Assembly: GCA_030141605.1 (NCBI GenBank) | Contig: JAQGDQ010000984.1 | Coordinates: 9,201-73,200, forward strand | Origin: Tubiluchus corallicola | Lineage: Eukaryota > Animalia > Priapulida | Length of the DNA stretch: 64,000 nucleotides | Direction: 5' to 3' | Shown here: one piece after another, positions 1-11,878 of the stretch | Position numbering within the stretch: the first letter of the stretch is position 1 | Layout: each line of letters begins with the position of its first letter | Position numbers and translations under genes: made by a program | Notes under the pieces: model-generated | What the model was told of the DNA's origin: nothing | What the model saw: only the letters and a program-made list of their open reading frames with translations | Database searches by the model: none

Positions 1-219
1 TTTCTTGTTCAAGTTTTTTCGACGCCTGATTTAACGGCATTCTTTAAAGTGTTATCGGCTTCTGATGGTTTAGATTTTTAACAGCAGATGCCACCACACG
101 TTAGTTTAATGTATTTCATTTTTGAGCAAATTTGCTTTCAATATTCAACAATAGCGGGTTTAATCCCTTATCAGTAATAATAACCTTGAAATGAATAAGT
201 ATCAATAATTGGTCTACAT

Positions 220-720
220 CAGGGGTGTGCAAATTGCGGCCCGCGGGCCACTTGCGGCCTGTCGAGAGAATTTGTACGGCCCGCGAAAAGATTTGTCAAC
301 CTAATGAAAGTGCGGCCCGGGCAATTAATTGAGTGTATCCAGCTGAAGTCCGTGCCACGATCCCAAAGATAGTGCGGTTAGTTTTTTCTACTAGATCGGA
401 TGCCAATAACCCTTACAAGACGGTTGTAGCTTAATGTCACTGTACTACACAGACTGTGTGATACACATTACTAATATGCATTGTAATGAAATTACCACTA
501 TCTGTCCTGAAAGTAGAGATATATGGTTTGTAATATAAATTTTAATAACTTCTAAAATAGTTTCTTGAGTGTAGTAGTAATGATGTACGCAGGTCGGATG
601 CAAAAAAAATCGTTATTAGGCCTTTCTGTACTTGGTTCTTTGATCAAACTGCCTGTGGCCCGCAGGAATTGCGGGAAAGTTTAACGTGGCCCGGCTAGTC
701 AGATAATTTGCACACCCCTG
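220..720 (+). mobile_element. hAT-like MITE, family A, full copy
   Basis: TIRs caggggtgtgcaaatt / aatttgcacacccctg; 8-bp TSD gtctacat / gtctaaat. Confidence 0.88.
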
Positions 721-829
721 GTCTAAATGTTTACTGTTTACCATTTGTTTACACTGTGTTTATCGTTTTTGTTTGTGATACCTAGCTTCGCTCACACGCT
801 CCGTGCCAGCAGCAGACTTCTCAACCTAC

Positions 830-966
830 CTCTTTCGTGCTAGTTGATCTTGATACTGAGCTCTTTGCTGGTGATGCTTCGTCTCCTCCGACAGCGTTTT
901 CCGCTTCTCTTCGTAAATCGCTCGCTCGTGTTCCAGTTTCATTTTCTCCATGGCTGCTTCGTATTC
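830..966 (-). CDS. ATAD3: ATAD3 coding exon 3 (gene continues off the left edge)
   Basis: tag|GAA TAC.. reads [46 protein letters not shown], the ATAD3 N-terminal coiled-coil region. Ends AG|gtaggt; phase fits exon 2. Confidence 0.93.
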
Positions 967-1637
967 CTACGCAAAATCATAGCCATTTTGTTACGAGCTT
1001 TTCTGTTATACTATAACAATAAGCTTCTCGACAAAAAATGTGAATAAGTTCAAACAACTTAGACGATGTTTGTTTCCACAAGAACATTTTAATGATTTTT
1101 ACATCAAATTAGTACTGACTATAGTTGAGTGTTTACCACATGTTTTTCCCCTGCAGCTTCAACACTTAACTCATCTCTTTACTTACAATTTACAGTTCAT
1201 ACATACGACCAACTAGTACAAAAATATCAAGGAATCTTTAGCCACGCTACGTTCAAGGTCACCAAAAAGTCAAAAGTTCATACTGGGCGTGACCCAAAAA
1301 CTGCCATCATGAAGGACGACCTGCACAACATCAAAACGTTATGTAAAGTGTCAACGACAAATTTGATTTAATTTTGATATGACAGCGTAATGACAAAAAC
1401 CAGAAGCAAAACTTATTAGATGTTTGCACCATTGTAAACACGTCCGAATAATTTAGAAAAAAAAGAACAAAAAAACGGAAGGATTTTAGGCAGTTTTTAA
1501 AAAAAGTTGTGCAAAGCAAGGATAGAAGTGATGGATAAAGGAATGTTCAAAAGGATAGGAAGAATGGCTTGTGAAGATTCAGCTAATCTTAAAAAATCTT
1601 AAATCTTAAAACAGAAAACTTAAAAAAACCGACACAC

Positions 1638-1837
1638 TTTAGCTTTGGCTTGAAATTCCGTCTGCTTGGTGGTCTCCTGCATCTTCGACAGTTCCAGAAC
1701 CTCTTTCGCGTTCCGAGACGCCTCCAGTTCCTTTGCGGCCTTGGCGGCCCTCTCCAGCGCGGCCGAATCGAATCTGTACGCCTCCATCTGCGTTTTGGTT
1801 TTCTCATCGAGTTCGCCTAGACGTTTCTTATCCGCAT
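1638..1837 (-). CDS. ATAD3: ATAD3 coding exon 2
   Basis: tttgcag|AT.. gives DADKKRLGELDEKTKTQMEAYRFDSAALERAAKAAKELEASRNAKEVLELSKMQETTKQTEFQAKAK. FDSAALERAAKAAKELE is the ATAD3 signature; donor gtgtgt. Confidence 0.93.
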
Positions 1838-1885
1838 CTGCAAATAAATAATAACAATAATAAATAATAATAATAACATAGCACA

Positions 1886-2403
1886 TCAAAGGACAAGAAA
1901 AGGGGTACCTACAGTAGGTTTAAAGGACAAGAAATGTGCACCTGAAGTAGGTTTAAAGGACAAGAAAAGGGGCTCCTGAAGTAGGTTTAAAAGACAAGAA
2001 AAGGGGGCTCCTGAAGTAGGTTTAAAAGACAAGAAAAGGGGGCACCTGAAGTAGGTTTAAAGGATAAGAAAAGGGGGTACGTGAAGTAAGTTTAAAGGAC
2101 AAGAAAAGGGGGTACCTGAAGTAGGTTTAAAGGACAAGAAAAGGGGTACCTAAAGCAGGTTTAAAGGACAAGAAATGGGGCACCTGAAGTAGGTTTAAAG
2201 GACAAGAAAAGGGGCTCCTGAAGTAGGTTTAAAGGACAAGAAAAGGGGCTCCTGAAGTAGGTTTAAAAGACAAGAAAAGGGGCTCCTGAAGTAGGTTTAA
2301 TAGACAAGAAAAGGGGGGCACCTGAAGTAGGTTTAAAGGATAAGAAAAAGGGTTACCTGAAGTAAGTTTAAAGGACAAGAAAAGAGGGTACCTGAAGTAG
2401 GTT
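1886..2403. repeat. About 14 copies of a 36-39 nt unit derived from the terminus of Kolobok-like MITE family C
   Basis: Unit ttaaaggacaagaaaagggg(g)tacctgaagtaggt. The last unit continues into the MITE body seen inverted at about 9560-9669. Confidence 0.85.
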
Positions 2404-3326
2404 TCAGAAAAATTGCCTTAAAAAATTATATTACTCTATAGCAATTTTATGCCTATATCTTACTCGCGTTGAAAGGATTTTTTGTTTGTTTTCATTTTAA
2501 ATACTGTACCGACCGTAGCATTACGTGACATCATATACGCACAACGTAAATCATGGGATGAAAGGGAAATGTTAAATTTTGTCCCAAAAACTTTAAAAAA
2601 TTATCAGCAGTTGTAAAATGCCAGTGGGATACAGGCTATATTTAGCACACGCGGGCACAGGTAGAAAAAAATAATTATTATGTGTAAACAAGATGGACAT
2701 ACTGAACAAAAGTACCAAGCCAAAAAATGTTTTCTTATTAAAAACATAATTTGGGACTGAAAGGGTTAAACAAAATGCATGTTATTCCTTTGCCACAAAA
2801 ATGCAACAGCATAACACATCGTCGAATAAATAACCAGTTTTCATTGCCGGTTCCAAACATGTGAACGTGCCCTTAATGAATGCTTCTGTTTTTTTAGTTG
2901 GTTAATGGCATATTTACACCAACTCAATCCACTCACTGGACCACAATTACATAATACAACGGTTATGGTTATACAAAACGTTTGGGGAGATGGTATACAG
3001 GATGAATAGCAGGAAGGTGTCCATCGAGGACCTCGGCTACAGTGCACATTGTGCTAATTCTGTTACTGCATCTGTGTTTTGTGTTGTTATCATTATAGCC
3101 AAAAATAGTGTAAAATATAATAATTATAATAATTATAGTCATAAATGCTGTAAAATATAATTATTAGTTTATAAAAGATATACAGTTTTTTGTTTATTAT
3201 TGACTCGGCTGAAAGCATGAAATTTAAAAAAACGTATTTATTTGGAATGGCTAAATAACTTTTGCCGCTAAAATTTGAAAATAAAATGCTAGGGCAAAAA
3301 ATCTTTCATTAACGTATCAGTTAATC

Positions 3327-3807
3327 CAGGGGTGTGCAAATTATCTGACTAGCCGGGCCACATTAAACTTTCCCGCAATTCCTGCGGGCCACAGGCAGTT
3401 TGATCAAGGAGCCAAGCACAGAAAGGCCTAATAACGATTTTTTGCATCCGACCTGCGTACATCATTACTACTACACACAAGAAACTATTTTAGAAGTTAT
3501 TAAAATTTATATTACAAACCATATATTTCTACTTTCAGGACAGATAGTGGTAATTTCATTACAATGCATATTAGTAATGTGTATCACACAGTCTGTGTAG
3601 TACAGTGACATTAAGCTACAACCGTCTTGTAAGGGTTAATGGCATCCGATCTAGTAGAAAAAACTACCTGCACTATCTTTGGGATCGTGGCACGGACTTC
3701 AGCTGGATACACTCAATTAATCGCCCCGGCCGCACTTTCATTAGGTTGACAAATCTCTTGGCGGGCCGCACAAATTCTCTTGGCGGGCCGCAACTTGCAC
3801 ACCCCTG
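3327..3807 (-). mobile_element. hAT-like MITE, family A, inverted copy
   Basis: Reverse complement of 220-720; TSD agttaatc / atttaatc. Confidence 0.88.
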
Positions 3808-4167
3808 ATTTAATCAAAGCCTTGTGAACTTAAGAATTATACATACCCTATGTTATTAATTGTGCTAAACTTATAAAGAATTACTTCCATAATTTGCCCT
3901 CCCAAAAAAACAAATTGACAGGCCTATTGTACCCAGACGCACTATCAAATTAAAAAGCTGAGATAAGAGAAAAACTTGCCTAGCTTAATGAGAGAAGGTT
4001 TTTCTATGACTGTTCGATTATTTATTGACTATGTCGAGAATTTCCGTTGATCTAATAAATTACCTAGTTGAGAACTAGCTGGTCTAAATTGATGTTTTAT
4101 CGTCTTTAAAGCCATCAAACTGAAATGTTTGTTCATTTATTTATGCGTTATTTAAAGGAAAAGTCTA

Positions 4168-4611
4168 TAGGTTTTACACGTCAAATGTAGACACAGGAAA
4201 GTTCAAATGTGACTTAGGTAAGTCAAATGTAGATGCATTACTTTGAATAAATCGGTAATTAAGTTATTTAAGTGCAAATTAGAAAAAGATAAACCAAAGA
4301 CAGTGCATCTATTAGTAGGCCTATAACGTACGTTGTTATTTTAACTTAGGAGTAATTATTAAATTGAAATTAAAGAAGATTAAATTTAACATCCTTAAAC
4401 TTTAACAACTATCCCACATTTGAGATACGAATGTCACATTTGACTTGACACGTGTCTACATTTGACTTACCAAAAATGCTTAAGATTTCTTGAAAACCAT
4501 TGTTAACACATTTGAACTACCTAAGTCTACATTTGAGTTACCAAGACACATTTAAATTACCTAAATCTACATTTGAGTTAACGTAGGTCTACATTTGACA
4601 TGTAAAACCTA
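4168..4611. mobile_element. TA-flanked MITE, family D (second copy at 17227-17696)
   Basis: TIRs taggttttacacgtcaaatgtagac / gtctacatttgacatgtaaaaccta, TA on both sides, internal caaatgt/acatttg subrepeats. Confidence 0.82.
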
Positions 4612-4741
4612 TAGAAGTTCAGTTAGTGTATAGCTAGAAAAAAACGTTTGTAGCTGTGAAATAAGAGGATGAACAAAAATATGAAAATATGAAGTATGAA
4701 CACAAAGATGATAACAAATTGGTTAGACGGCACATTATGAG

Positions 4742-5400
4742 CAGCGGCGGATTATGATTTTATGGGCCTTAGGCTTGAGCTTGGAACGGGCCTTTTAAAT
4801 GTTGCTACACTGCTGAGCTGACGATACAACTACAGATGTATCGGCAAATTGTTTCCAATAACCTTCTGTCACGGTTCCCAAATGTTTACATATGTGTTAG
4901 AATGTACTTTTGATTGTTTCAAACTGCAAGTGAGGAACGATCATTCTCTGCTCTGAAAAGGATAAAAACTTATTTACGGTCATCTCAAAAGGATGACAAA
5001 TTAAACAATTTATCACTGATGCATATTGAGTCAGATATGTTGAAAAAAAATGGACTTTTCAGAAATTATAACTGACTTTTCCCCCAGAAAAATTCGGAAA
5101 CTGAAATTTTGAACTTAAACTTAAACTGTGTAAACGTGAATTGTGTAAACTTAAATTGGGTAAACTTGAATTGTGTAAACTTAAATTGTGTAAACTTGAT
5201 TTGTGTAAACCCGATTTGAAATATAGTGACTGACTTTTGAAAAAAAACTTTTTTCTATATTTTATTTTGGCGGGCCCCTTGCTCTTTTGTCAATTTATTT
5301 TTTTTTACAAAAAATTTTTTTTCGTTTTATTTTGCCGGGCCCCTTTTGATCCCGGGCCTTAGGCTTCAGCCTATTCAGCCTATAGGGCTATCCGCTACAC
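4742..5400 (+). mobile_element. Internally deleted hAT element with a decayed transposase dimerization domain
   Basis: 8-bp TSD attatgag on both sides; left end cagcggcggat. About 4935-5100 translates in part to ERSFSALKRIKTYLRSSQKDDKLNNLSLMHIESD, with frameshifts or stops around it. Confidence 0.82.
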
Positions 5401-5499
5401 ATTATGAGTTAGTATACAATATCTAAGTTTTCACTGTAAATCAACGACATTTTAGTTTAACAAATCTAGCACTTTATGCTATAATTTTACTATAAGTAA

Positions 5500-5827
5500 T
5501 TGATTAATTGAGTGTATCCAGCTGAAGTCCGTGACACGATCCCAAAGATAGTGCGGGTAGTTTTTTCTACTAGATCGGATGCCATGAACCCTTACAAGAC
5601 GGTTGTAGCTTAATGTCACTGTACTACACAGACTGTGCGATACACATTACTAATATGCATTGTAATGAAATTACCAGTACCTGTCCTGAAAGTATAAATA
5701 TATGGTTTGTAATATAAATTTTAATAACTTCTAAAATAGTTTCTTGAGCGTAGTAGTAATGATGTACGCAGGTCGGATGCAAAAAAAATCGTTATTAGGC
5801 CTTTCTGTACTTGGCTCCTTGATCAAA
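5500..5827 (+). mobile_element. hAT-like MITE, family A, internal fragment
   Basis: Near-identical to about 323-648; TIRs absent. Confidence 0.8.
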
Positions 5828-5987
5828 ATGACTGCGGTCATCGTAGGAGTTTAAATTTACATGTTTTATACAGCGTTATTGCCGACGCAAGCCTAATATG
5901 TGAAAAGGCAAACGTAAGTGGTATAAAATTTCAATACAAATTTTTTAAGCTTTATGTAAGTTGATGGTTTTCTTGTGCTTTAACATA

Positions 5988-6700
5988 GACATAGAACATT
6001 TATTTTCTCCAATTAGTTTAACACCAAAAGTTTTTTAAATATTAAGTAATTATAATCATGGAGCAGGGCAGGGAAGGACCATAGGGTCATCTAATCTCCT
6101 GCCCTTTCTTATAAATAGATTAGTATATTAAAAATTAACGGTGATGCTGCAGATAACAAAAACAAAAACAAATAAGAAAAAAATAGAAATAATGATACAA
6201 ATTATTCAAAAAGAACTGAAAATAAAAAATAATAAAGTTGGATACCTAAATCTAAACAAAACAATACAATTATTCAGTAATTAGGATTATTATATGTAGT
6301 AGTTTCAAATGCGGTCTTATTAACAGGGGAATTTGACCAAGGTTAGTGAGTAAAGTTAAAAACCGAGAGTATGGAAAGAAAAAAATAAGTATCAAAAAAG
6401 TGTAATATATCAAAATTTCTGAGAAAAAGTAAGTATGAGAAAGAGCAACAATTACTTGCTAGCGAGACGGAGAGGAAAAAAGAAAAAAAAGAAATTGCTA
6501 GCTTGCTTATTACTACTACTAGTCTTACAAGTTGTGCTACAGGTATATCCATTTAGTAAGATTTTTGTGTATTTTTTGGAAGCAGAAAATAAGCTGCCTT
6601 CAAAGGTATCTTTTGGCAAGGAATTCCATAATTTAACGAGAGTTGAGAGGGTGATGAATAGTAAATCGTAAATACATGATGTAGGTAAATCATTCTTTTA
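5988..6700 (-). mobile_element. 3' fragment of a CR1/L2-group LINE (3' part repeated at 29948-30420)
   Basis: Minus-strand remnant KLWNSLPK near 6615-6635; the 3' region with a stem-loop has a close second copy at about 29948-30420. Confidence 0.6.
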
Positions 6701-6721
6701 CCGGTCTGGCATTTCACTCAC

Positions 6722-6836
6722 CTGAAGGCTCACCACTATCACTTCCACCACCTCCTGTTGGATATTGAGGAAACTGCGGGATTTCTGGCGGCGGCACATC
6801 TTTCCTAATGCCAAGCAACGGGTTTAACCAAGACAT
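6722..6836 (-). CDS. ATAD3: ATAD3 coding exon 1 (start codon at 6836)
   Basis: MSWLNPLLGIRKDVPPPEIPQFPQYPTGGGGSDSGEPS. An MSWL start with a Pro/Gly-rich tail is typical of ATAD3; CAG|gtgagt donor in phase 1 matches exon 2. Confidence 0.88.
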
Positions 6837-7113
6837 TTTAAACGATCCTCAAATAATATTCTAAATTACGTAATTACAGTACTTAAATGGTTAAGTCTTA
6901 GTAACTCCTCTTTTTACAGTACAGCAAGAAACACATGGTCTATAAGACGTTCTCTTGTTTCGACTTGCGCCACCTATTGGAGAAATCCTGTTAAGTTAAT
7001 GTTTTCATTACTGTTTTGTGATTGTGCTAAGTGAAATATTAAAATTTTGTTGTTTTCGTTATTTACTATGCAGTAAATTCACCAAACTGGCTTCCAAAAA
7101 GAGAAATAATGTG
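6837..7113. promoter_or_regulatory. Putative bidirectional promoter shared by ATAD3 and FEM1C, with a CTCF-like/CCAAT motif at 6966-6980
   Basis: Divergent ATGs are separated by 277 bp. Minus-strand CCAATAGGTGGCGCA resembles the CTCF core and contains CCAAT. Confidence 0.6.
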
Positions 7114-7657
7114 ATGGAGTTTAGGAATGTCGTTTATATCGCTGCGCGTGATGGAAAGTTAAGACGACTACGAATTTTCTTGGATCATAGGTCAAGAGAA
7201 GACGTTAAACTTCTTGTTTCAGCAAAAACAGATGACGCAACACCTCTTCTGGCGGCATGTCGGAAAGGCCATTACGAAGTCGCCGAATATCTGGTCAAAG
7301 AATGTGGGGCTGACGTAGAACAAGTGGGGTCCGTGAGTTTTGATAATGAAACAATTGAGGGTGCACCTCCCCTGTGGTGTGCGGCGGCAGCAGGTTATCT
7401 CCCAATAGTTCAGCTTCTACAGCGACATGGCGCATCGGTGAATAGCACAACTTACACAAATTCTACGCCGCTGCGAGCCGCATGTTTTGACGGACACATG
7501 GAAATTGTGAAATACCTGATAAACAACAAGGCAGATATTGAAGTTCCTAATAGACACGGTCATACATGCCTTATGATATCTTGTTACAAAAAACATTACG
7601 AAATTGCACGATACTTGATAAAACTTGGTGCCGATATTAATAGGAAAAGTTTAAAAG
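7114..7657 (+). CDS. FEM1C: Fem-1 homolog (FEM1C/A-like) coding exon 1, ankyrin repeats
   Basis: MEFRNVVYIAARDGKLRRL..GAPPLWCAAAAGY..TNSTPLRAACFDGH..NRHGHTCLMISCYK..KSLK; donor G|gtttga in phase 1. Confidence 0.93.
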
Positions 7658-8259
7658 GTTTGATTCTAATTCATTTTTTTTTGGTTTGTTTTATGTTTTA
7701 ATTGGTTAGTTAAATACTTTACATATTTTCTTAATCATCATTTCATATTTTTCATTTTATTTCTTTGTTGCATAGCTTATTTAGTTATTTCGCTTTCACG
7801 TTTAATGTATTCCCCCATAAATTCATGTGAACAGCAGCACTACAAATTTTTTACAATTTACACTAATCTGAAAAGGGTAGCTGACTCGATGACCTATTGG
7901 TCTTTCGCTACCCTTTCTTCTGCACCCCCCCTCAACTGTTTCCTTTATGCTTAATTTATCCTTTTTAATCAGTAAGTATAAAAATAATAGTCAATTTGTA
8001 TACAGGTGTAAGTGAGGAGATAAATAAAAATGTCTATGTCATTGCTCTTAGCAAGATACAGTCAAACCTTGTTATACGCCAGGTCTGGGACATTGATCGC
8101 TCAATATGGCGGTACAGCGTAGTTCACAGTAAGGCGAGGTTCATGAAATATCAAAGCAATTCCAGTCTTTAACCTCGATTTTGTTTCCTAGTTAATTTTA
8201 ATGTCATAAATAGTACAATATTAGTATACCTACAACAATACGTGTGGATATAACAATCT

Positions 8260-8880
8260 GGGTATATAAAGAATTTAATACCTTAGAAAGGGCATGCTAA
8301 AATATTACAAATCGGCGTTAGGAGTAAAGAGCTCAACACCCACACCAGCTGTCTTGAGGGAATTGGGCAAATATCCCATCAACCTATCAATTAAAATGAG
8401 ACATTAAGTATTGGCTTTGTTTAGTTTCACTGCCAGATAACAAACTGTGCAAGAAAGATTATATTTTGTCTAAACAATATAATGTACCGTAGTATCTAGG
8501 ACTAACAAAAATACTGTCTGATATTAATCTAGTGTTTTTATTAGAAAATGATATAGTGCCATTGTATATGAATACTTTGTATATTGGTGTAGGAAAGTTG
8601 CAAGTATGTTATGTCACCTTTCGGAAAAATGCACTAGCCGAAATATCAAAGTTATCTTTTTACAGTAAATTCAAAACTTCTTTTAAATTTGAATCTTATT
8701 TGTTAAATGTAAAGAATGTTAAAAATCGAAAAACATTGACTAAGCTTAGAACAAGCGCTTACTCAATGCCTATTGTACATTTTTGGTACATTAACAAAAT
8801 TAATGCAGGTGTAGTTCTACGGCAGCACGTTGCAAAACTTTTATGTAACACAATGTGGAATAGCAGATAGATAGATAATT
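8260..8880 (+). mobile_element. Decayed LINE ORF2 C-terminal fragment (RTEX-like)
   Basis: GVKSSTPTPAVLRELGKYPI and SKLSFYSKFKTSFKFESYL..RKTLTKLRTSAYSMPI resemble post-RT motifs of invertebrate RTEX-type elements (recalled, not searched); frames are broken. Confidence 0.65.
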
Positions 8881-8978
8881 TTATTTATCTGTTGTAATAC
8901 ACGCAAAAAAACAATTACATAGCAAAATAAATTGTTAGTATTAGAGAAAGGGTGGCGAAAAAACCCTAGAGGACCCTT

Positions 8979-9669
8979 TTAAGCACAAGAAAACCCTGCA
9001 TAAACATAAAACTTGAAAAATTCGTTTTGAAATTTTATATCGCTTATATACTGCCTTTTTGCGTGCAGGACTTCAATCGGCAGTCACGCTGTATAGAACA
9101 TGTAAATTTAAACTCCCGCGATGACCGTTAGACGCAGCCATTTTCACGACAGGTCATTTGAAACAAGTTTAAATAACATTTTGTAAAGTTTGAAAAAATA
9201 ATCAGAGCATTCGTAGCGCACAAGTCACTAGCTAAATAAAATTTAAAATTACTGTATCTTGTCAATAACATTAAAAATAGGTTTTTTGGTTAGTAAGTGG
9301 TGCACCCTGGAGGGTGAGTCAGCGACATTTTATCAATTGGTGAAAACATTTTAAATAATTAATAATTTTCTTTTCTAGTTACATAAGCCTTTCTAGCAGG
9401 TGAGCAAAATGCTAAGTAATATAACTTTGCATGGAAAGTTTTTAGGGACATAATTTAACATTGCCTTTTCTTCCCTTGATTTATGTTTGGTACACGGCGT
9501 CATGTAATGGCTCTGTCGGAACAGTATTGCCGGAGATTTAAAATGAAAACAAACTAAAATTCCTTTCTGTGCGAGTAAGATATACGCATAAAATTGCTAT
9601 AAAGTAATATAATTTTTTAAGGCGATTTTTCTGAAACCTACTTCAGGTACCCCTTTTCTTGTCCTTTAA
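8979..9669. mobile_element. Kolobok/T2-like MITE, family C (other copies about 35540-36208 and 51530-52002)
   Basis: TTAA-flanked ends ttaagcacaagaaa / tttcttgtcctttaa; body repeated elsewhere in the window. Confidence 0.72.
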
Positions 9670-9841
9670 GTAAGGTTATAACAAGAATATCTTGCGATGA
9701 AATACGCATAAAATGAGTAAATCAAACTGAAATAACACTGTAAAGTGGCTTTATAAACAAATAAAGCAGATTGGTTTGTGCGTGATGTTACAATGACAGG
9801 CAAAAAAAGCAAAAATGAAATTTTTATCAGCATTATTTATT

Positions 9842-10340
9842 CAGGGATGAGAATTTTCTGCGGATACGCGGAATACCGAGTTTTTGGAAGACCAGTAGTG
9901 CCATTTTTTTTAAATTGAGTGAATTCGTTGTGAAAATTTTTACGGACCCAGTACATTATTTCACAAGCTGACCGCTAGTTGGCAGGCCGTCAGTTTGTTT
10001 ACATAACGTACATCAGTGTAATCACGTGTATATCTCTATGTATAATAATATACAATCAGTTGTGCAGAGTTATTTGAGTCAATTGCAGACAGTTTATATA
10101 TACTTTTGCATAGGAGCGGCCAGTACTTAGGCGTTTTTGAGACAATTAGGTATCATGTATCCTTGATAGTTGGGTATTTTAAATTATGCATGAAACAAGG
10201 TAATTGATATTTTAAGTCCGCTTAGAGGCTCTCTATGGTCATCAAAATTGCAATTTGTTGCTTTGCCCCCTTGAACCCCCGCGACCTCCAAACCCCCGGC
10301 CTGTTTCAGAGTTTTTTGCAATTTGTCATTCTCATCCCTG
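9842..10340. mobile_element. CAGGG-terminated MITE, family F (inverted copies about 25630-26123 and 61292-61875)
   Basis: TIRs cagggatgagaat / attctcatccctg; 6-bp direct repeat tttatt on both sides. Confidence 0.8.
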
Positions 10341-10932
10341 TTTATTAGACTCGCTGTTAATAAAATCAGTTGCTTTAATTCATTCAAAAACAGCTGGTAC
10401 GGGTCACTCCTATTCAAATGTATATAAAAACTACTGGCAATTCACTAAAAAAAATCCATGTAATTGACGCAAGATTTTTGTATCAGACATCCATGTAAGT
10501 GTGGTATGTCTATATACGTACAATCATGTTAAAGCAAAACCGGACCCAATCTTAAACTGCAGGTCAAAACAATTTACTCTTTAAAATATTGAAAGGAAAC
10601 GCTATTTTTTTTAAAGAATGACTTACGTGAAAGAATTATTACCACACAAACACAATTTCATGTTCGCGCCACTAGTTTTTCACTGTTACATGCATTTCGC
10701 CATTCTCTAGTTAGACGGGCAGTAGCGCCTGCATTTCGGAAACGCGTTGCAGAAAAACAGATGCTGTACCTCCTAGTTCGGATGTGTTGGTTTGTGACGA
10801 ATTGCACACATTCGGCAGCTCATGCATGAGCACAGCGGTAAATGTGAGTGTTGAATTTTTATGAAAGCTGAATTTTTAATCATTTGCCTAGTGGGGTCCT
10901 GTTGAAACTCCTGCTACTTTTCACAAAAATGT

Positions 10933-11489
10933 TTAACCCTTATAGGGTCACGATTTTTTACAACCAATTTTGGTAACTGGGGGGTAAAAAATTATTTGTG
11001 GTTATGCTGATCACCATAGGATACATTATACCTCTGCTTAAAGTCATGTGACTTACTAGTAATGCGAAATTTAAATTCACTTAGTTACGTTCCCTTATCT
11101 ATGCTGGAATAAATGTAGACAACCGACATTGTTAGCGCGTGTGTAAAAGTCATTGTTATTTTGAATTTATTGTCTACTACTTTCTTCTTTTAGGTGGAGT
11201 AATTTGAGTAACTGACATTATCAGATACATCGCCCGTATGATGTATAGACAAGCGAAGTAAAGTGACGACAATTTTGAAAAATCGACATATTGCATTTTC
11301 ACTTTTATTTCGTGGTGAGACAATGCACCTAAAATAAATAACTGAAAGTATTTTGTGCAAAAAACATATTTAGAAAAAGTCATAGAAAAGGTTTACTGAG
11401 AAGCGTATGGTAAAAAGGTAAAATGCAAAAAACCGGGCTGGGGGTAATTTTTTACCCCCCCCCCCCCCCGGTGACCCTATAAGGGTTAA
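10933..11489. mobile_element. piggyBac-like MITE (partial copy about 40225-40464)
   Basis: TTAA + cccttatagggtcac ... gtgaccctataaggg + TTAA. Confidence 0.82.
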
Positions 11490-11625
11490 TCAGTAAACTG
11501 TTGCTGTTACACCACCAGGCGGCGCCAGTAATCCACAGGTCAATATTCTTTGCGATTTTTTTACAAGCGTAAATGTCATCGAACATATAAGAGTACAGAG
11601 TTAACTTTGACAAAATAACTTTCAC

Positions 11626-11878
11626 CAGACGGTTTAGTCTAGTGGCAATGCGTCTGCTTTCCGTCTGAGAGGTCGTGAGTTCGAACCAGCGGCCGCGTCG
11701 TACCAAAGACTTTAAAAATGGTACCTGCTGTTGCCCTGCCTGGCACGTGGTATTTAAGGTAAAAGTGGGGTAATAATAGTCTCTGTTATGTAGTTGTAGG
11801 TTATTTACAGTCGGCGATAAAAGCTGACTTTAAATAAATATTATTATTATTATTAATATTATTATTATTATTATTATA
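11626..11878 (+). mobile_element. tRNA-derived SINE
   Basis: A-box tagtctagtgg, B-box gagttcgaacc, core taccaaagactttaaaaatggtacctgctg (resembles the Meta/MESC-type SINE core, from memory) and a (tta)n tail. Confidence 0.7.

Noticed and set aside
1-100. Possible further ATAD3 exon at the left edge
   Set aside because: It is an inverted copy of about 23238-23337, i.e. a dispersed repeat.
7018-7113. N-terminal extension of FEM1C from the GTG at 7018
   Set aside because: Artefact of bacterial start-codon rules; family similarity begins at the ATG at 7114.
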